Shown here: positions 28,505 through 32,074 of the stretch, piece by piece
How positions within the stretch are numbered: position 1 is the stretch's first letter
Layout of the letters: every line of letters starts with the position of its first letter
Assembly: GCA_050740035.1 (NCBI GenBank)
Contig: JBOICJ010000063.1
Span: forward strand, 1 to 32,074
Reading direction: 5' to 3'
From: Stenotrophobium sp.
GTDB taxonomy: Bacteria; Pseudomonadota; Gammaproteobacteria; Nevskiales; Nevskiaceae
Length of the DNA stretch: 32,074 nucleotides
Made by a program: the position numbers and the translations under genes
The notes under the pieces: model-generated
Database searches by the model: none
What the model was told of the DNA's origin: nothing
Seen by the model: only the letters and a program-made list of their open reading frames with translations

Positions 28505-29503
28505 CTAGATGGCGCTGGGCTTGTTGTCTTTGGCAATCGTGCCGCTGATACGCAGCGCGTGGCGTCCGCCGCTGATACCGAGACTGCCGTGATACACCGG
28601 CATGTTCTCGACGCACAGGTCGAGCACCTTGGGCATGTTGATCGGGATGATGTCGCCGGACTTGAGCTTCATCAGGTCGCGCAGACTCAGCGTGCTCTGC
28701 GTCAGCTCGGTGGAGATTTCCACCTCGGCATCCTTGATCTGCTCGCGCAGCGACAGCGTCCAGCGTTCGTCGCGCTCCATGCGGTCGGACTGGATGCCGG
28801 CGTCGAGCAGTTCGCGGATCGGCTCCAGCATCGAATAGGGAATGGTGATGTGCAGGTCGCCGCCGCCGCCTTCCAGTTCGATGTGGAATTTCGACACCAC
28901 CACGATTTCGGAAGGCGAGACGATGTTGGCGAAGTGCGGATTGACTTCGGAATTGATGTATTCGTAATCCAGCGCCATCACCGGCGACCAGGCTTCCTTG
29001 AGATCGGAAAACGCCTGACGCACCAGCATCTGGATCACGCGCATTTCGGTCGGGGTGAATTCCCGGCCTTCGATCTTGGTGGCGATGCGACCGTCGCCGC
29101 CGAAGAAATTCTCGACCACCGAAAACACCAGACGCGGCTCGAAAATGAACAACGCGGTGCCGCGCAGCGGTTTGATGCGCACAAGATTGAGGCTGGTCGG
29201 CACGAACAGCGAATGCGTGTACTCACCAAACTTGGCCATCTCGATGCCGACCACCGACAACTCCGGCGTGCGCCGCAGCATGTTGAACAGGCCGATGCGG
29301 AACAGGCGGGCGAAGCGCTCGTTGACCATTTCCAGCGTCGGCATGCGGCCGCGGACGATGCGATCCTGCGAGGCAAAATTGAACGAGCGCGCGACGCCGG
29401 GTTCCTGCGGCGGGGTTTCGGTTTCGACCTTGCCGCTATCGACGCCGTGCAGCAGGGCGTCGATCTCGTCCTGCGACAGCAGCTCTGAGGAATTCGCGCT
29501 CAT
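28505..29503 (-). CDS. fliM: Flagellar motor switch protein FliM
   Basis: LLSQDEIDALL, RIVRGRMPTLE, FFGGDG, EGREFTPTE, PYSMLEPIR. Confidence 0.98.
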   Translation of the reverse strand: MSANSSELLSQDEIDALLHGVDSGKVETETPPQEPGVARSFNFASQDRIVRGRMPTLEMVNERFARLFRIGLFNMLRRTPELSVVGIEMAKFGEYTHSLFVPTSLNLVRIKPLRGTALFIFEPRLVFSVVENFFGGDGRIATKIEGREFTPTEMRVIQMLVRQAFSDLKEAWSPVMALDYEYINSEVNPHFANIVSPSEIVVVSKFHIELEGGGGDLHITIPYSMLEPIRELLDAGIQSDRMERDERWTLSLREQIKDAEVEISTELTQSTLSLRDLMKLKSGDIIPINMPKVLDLCVENMPVYHGSLGISGGRHALRISGTIAKDNKPSAI

Positions 29504-30015
29504 TGCATCACGAAGCTGGTGAAGTACAGCGCATCGATGCCCGGCTTGCCGGTTTCGAGGGTCATGATTTTCTGCACGCTGGCCAATGCCGCCTTCTCCA
29601 GCGCCTGCTTGCCGGCCAGGGTCGAGAGTCCGCTCACGGTCTGCTGACTGAACAGCATCAGCAGGTCATTGCGTATGCGCGGCATGTGCAGCTTGATCGC
29701 CTCGGCGGTCGAATCGTCGTGCATCAGCACCTGTACCTCGGCTTGCAGGTAACGGGTCTGATCGGCGTCGGCGAGATTGACCACGAACGCCGGATCGAGC
29801 TGGATGTAGATGCTCTTGGCGGCGACTGCGGCCGGCTTGGCCTTCTTGTCGGCGTGATGGGCGAATAGAAAATAATAAGTGGCACCACCACCGGCAACCA
29901 GCAGGATCAGCAACACCCCGCCGATCAGCAGCAGCTTGCCTTTCTTTTTGGGCGGCGCGACGACTTCGTCTTCGTCGTCTTCCACCACATCGCGTTTGAC
30001 TGCCGCACCCGCCAT
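29500..30015 (-). CDS. fliL: Flagellar basal body protein FliL
   Basis: KKKGK followed by a TM helix, FVVNL, RYLQ, P.IRN.LL, C-terminal LYFTSFVMQ. Confidence 0.95.
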   Translation of the reverse strand: MAGAAVKRDVVEDDEDEVVAPPKKKGKLLLIGGVLLILLVAGGGATYYFLFAHHADKKAKPAAVAAKSIYIQLDPAFVVNLADADQTRYLQAEVQVLMHDDSTAEAIKLHMPRIRNDLLMLFSQQTVSGLSTLAGKQALEKAALASVQKIMTLETGKPGIDALYFTSFVMQ

Positions 30016-30052
30016 GTCTGCTTTCCTGTGACCGAGGTTCTACCCTGATCAG

Positions 30053-30067
30053 GCAAGCTGCGTGCCA
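30053..30067 (-). promoter_or_regulatory. sigma54 promoter of fliLMNOPQR-flhB
   Basis: Minus strand TGGCAC-GCAGC-TTGC, a perfect consensus match, ~38 nt upstream of the fliL ATG. Confidence 0.88.
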
Positions 30068-30198
30068 CACGAAATGCGCGATGGCGGCCTTGTTCCACCG
30101 CACTTTTCAGTGATTCGACGGGAATTTGACTCGTGGCCCACTGATTGTTGCGTCGGAACTCTGGCGCCGGCTGAACCCGCCCACAACGATCACCCGAC

Positions 30199-31365
30199 TC
30201 AGGCGTAATCGTCGAGCAGACCTCGGCGGCTGATTCGCAGCGGTTCGGCGGCCACCGGCTCCGTTCGCTGATCGTGCCGCGTAGCGGTCGGCCTGAACGT
30301 CTGCGGCCGTGCACCGGGTTGATCCCCGGGCATTTGTGAAAAAACCTGGGTCTGCGTCAGCGTCAGGCCCTGCTGGTTGAACAGGTCGCGCAACTGCGGC
30401 ATCGACTGCTCCAGCGCCGCACGCGCCGCCGGATGCTCGGCGGTAAAAACGATGCCGGTATTGCCGCCCTCGATGCGGATGTTCACGTGCACCATACCCA
30501 GATCGGCCGGATGCAGATGCAGCTCGGCTTTTTGCAAACCCGCGGACGTGGTCAGCAAGACCTGCTGGCCGACTTGTCCGGCCCAGTCGGCGTGACCCGG
30601 ATCAAGCGTCAGCGTGGCACTGTGCACGCCGACCGGCGCGGCCGCCAATGGCGGCGGCGACAGCAGTGCGTTCAACGACACCATGCTGGCGGCGGGATTG
30701 GCTGCGGCAGTCGCGTCCGTGCTTGCGACATGGGTGCTGGCCAGCGCGGACAAATCATGTGCAGCGTCGCCGGTGGTGGCAGCCGCCGTATTTTTCTGCG
30801 CCAACGCGATCAAGCCTGCGGGAGTAGACGCGGGCACCGGCAGACCGACGGGCGCGGCAGCCGGCACGCCGGGCGCCGTGACCGCAGCCGCTGCGGTCAC
30901 GGCGCTCAGCGGCGCTCCGGCCTGACGACCGGCGTCGGCGGCGCCGGCACTGGGTGTGGCAGCGCCAGCCGCAGGGGTCGCCGCAGCCACAGCAACGGCC
31001 GGCGCCGACAACGGCGGCACCGGCAACAAAGCCAGCAGGCCGCTGACATCGATTGGCGGCGCATCATCCTTGTCGGCATCGGATTTTTGCTTCGCAGTCT
31101 TGGCGCTGGGGTCTGCTGGAGCCAGTGGCGCCGTGGCGGGGGCAGCCGCCGTCGCACCCGGCGCGGCCGTCGTTGCTTCCGCCGTCGCCCGCTGTTTCTG
31201 TGCTTGTAGCGTCTGGCTGAAATTTTTTGAATCGATTTCTTTTGACTTGCCGCCGGCTTTCGTCACTGCCTCGTGCGCCTGCGACTTGACCGGTGCATCG
31301 GCGCCGGACGGTGGCGGCCCACTGTCCTTGCGGGGCGCAACGTTGACGTTATTATTTATATTCAT
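30199..31365 (-). CDS. fliK: Flagellar hook-length control protein FliK
   Basis: Long Ala/Pro-rich disordered region plus C-terminal domain W..QVGQQV...AELHLHPADLG.V.V...ALEQSMPQLRDLF..QGL, ending LLDDYA; between fliJ and fliL. Confidence 0.93.
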   Translation of the reverse strand: MNINNNVNVAPRKDSGPPPSGADAPVKSQAHEAVTKAGGKSKEIDSKNFSQTLQAQKQRATAEATTAAPGATAAAPATAPLAPADPSAKTAKQKSDADKDDAPPIDVSGLLALLPVPPLSAPAVAVAAATPAAGAATPSAGAADAGRQAGAPLSAVTAAAAVTAPGVPAAAPVGLPVPASTPAGLIALAQKNTAAATTGDAAHDLSALASTHVASTDATAAANPAASMVSLNALLSPPPLAAAPVGVHSATLTLDPGHADWAGQVGQQVLLTTSAGLQKAELHLHPADLGMVHVNIRIEGGNTGIVFTAEHPAARAALEQSMPQLRDLFNQQGLTLTQTQVFSQMPGDQPGARPQTFRPTATRHDQRTEPVAAEPLRISRRGLLDDYA

Positions 31366-31412
31366 ATTTCCTAATTACTTATAATTAATAACATTAATAT
31401 CTGCGGCCAAGC

Positions 31413-31874
31413 TCACCGGCTGAGACTGGTCTGGCCGGAAGACTGCTTGCGGCTTGCGCACTGCGCTGCGTGTTCGTCCATCTCCTTCTGCAGACGTCGC
31501 TCGTCGTGACGCCGGGCCTGAAGGTTGTAGGAAGCGGCCAGTTGATCCAGCACGCCGGCGTCGCGCCGACGCAACAACCAGCGCGCACGCTCGGCCTCAC
31601 AGCGCAGCCGCGCCTGTTCGACGGTTTTCTGCTGGAAGCGCGCGGCGTCCTGCAACTTCGCCAGAAACGCGCAGCGATTGACGATCATCGACGGCGAGCC
31701 GACCGTCATCGAGGCGTCGGCATACTCCGCGGCATAGCGTTGCAGTTCGGCCAGCCGTGCTTCCTGCTCGGCCAGCGCGCGCTGACTTTCGGCCAGCGCC
31801 TGCATCGCTTCTTCTTCGCGCATATCGGCCAGTTGCTGTATCGGTTCCAGCCGCGCGGCTCTTGATGCGGGCAT
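31413..31874 (-). CDS. fliJ: Flagellar export protein FliJ
   Basis: RAARLEP.......EEEA...L, coiled coil, FL.KL..A...Q, ERRLQKEMDE; between fliI and fliK. Confidence 0.92.
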   Translation of the reverse strand: MPASRAARLEPIQQLADMREEEAMQALAESQRALAEQEARLAELQRYAAEYADASMTVGSPSMIVNRCAFLAKLQDAARFQQKTVEQARLRCEAERARWLLRRRDAGVLDQLAASYNLQARRHDERRLQKEMDEHAAQCASRKQSSGQTSLSR

Positions 31875-31877
31875 GAT

Positions 31878-32074
31878 TTACTCCGGACGTGAGGACAACA
31901 AGGTAGTGAGGGCTTTGATGCTGCCGCTGAAATTCGCCGACTCGTGCACGTCCTGGCGCAGGAACTCCTCCATCCGCGGCCACATCGCGATGGCTTGATC
32001 GACACGCGCATCGCTGCCTTTCTGATAGGCGCCGATGTTGATCAGGTCGCGGTTGCGCTGATAGGCCGAGAACA
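31878..32074 (-). CDS. fliI: Flagellar ATPase FliI, C-terminal end (5' part outside window)
   Basis: Own translation, not in the ORF track: FSAYQRNRDLINIGAYQKGSDARVDQAIAMWPRMEEFLRQDVHESANFSGSIKALTTLLSSRPE*, with the FliI signature DLI.IGAY..GSD..D.AI. Confidence 0.93.
   Translation of the reverse strand, partial: FSAYQRNRDLINIGAYQKGSDARVDQAIAMWPRMEEFLRQDVHESANFSGSIKALTTLLSSRPE

Noticed and set aside
2065..31209. Many long plus-strand ORFs (e.g. 3278-4897, 8808-10388, 17020-18495, 24765-26003, 28211-29488)
   Set aside because: Antisense shadows of well-conserved minus-strand genes, expected from high-GC codon bias; no recognisable motifs.

Overview
GC-rich (roughly 60-65%) gammaproteobacterial flagellar/chemotaxis region. 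Gene order and protein styles resemble Xanthomonadales/Nevskiales (inference). Almost everything is on the minus strand: 'fliI-fliJ-fliK-fliLMNOPQR-flhB, then flhA-flhF-flhG(fleN)-fliA, then a reduced flagellar-type (F6-like) che set (cheY-cheZ-cheA-motC/motD-type stator-cheW, with no cheB/cheR/parA in the window). Next come a PAS-PAS-GGDEF-EAL gene and a complete second (F7-like) chemosensory operon: STAS-cheY-cheA-cheW-(PAS)3 soluble receptor-cheR-cheD-cheB, followed by an McpA-like receptor. On the plus strand at the left are a partial TetR regulator and a degenerate-GGDEF/EAL phosphodiesterase. Non-coding features read from the sequence: two sigma28 promoters with identical boxes (TCAAG-N14-GCCGATAT), three sigma54 promoters accompanied by a shared FleQ-like box, an IS5-type MITE at the flhB stop, a nested inverted-repeat/BoxC-like element, and a ~90% AT patch before fliK. 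Most interesting hypothesis: the McpA-like receptor carries a CheZ-type phosphatase motif (LQFEDIATQ) and a tethered C-terminal tail shared with CheD, so it may be the missing CheY phosphatase of the second system.
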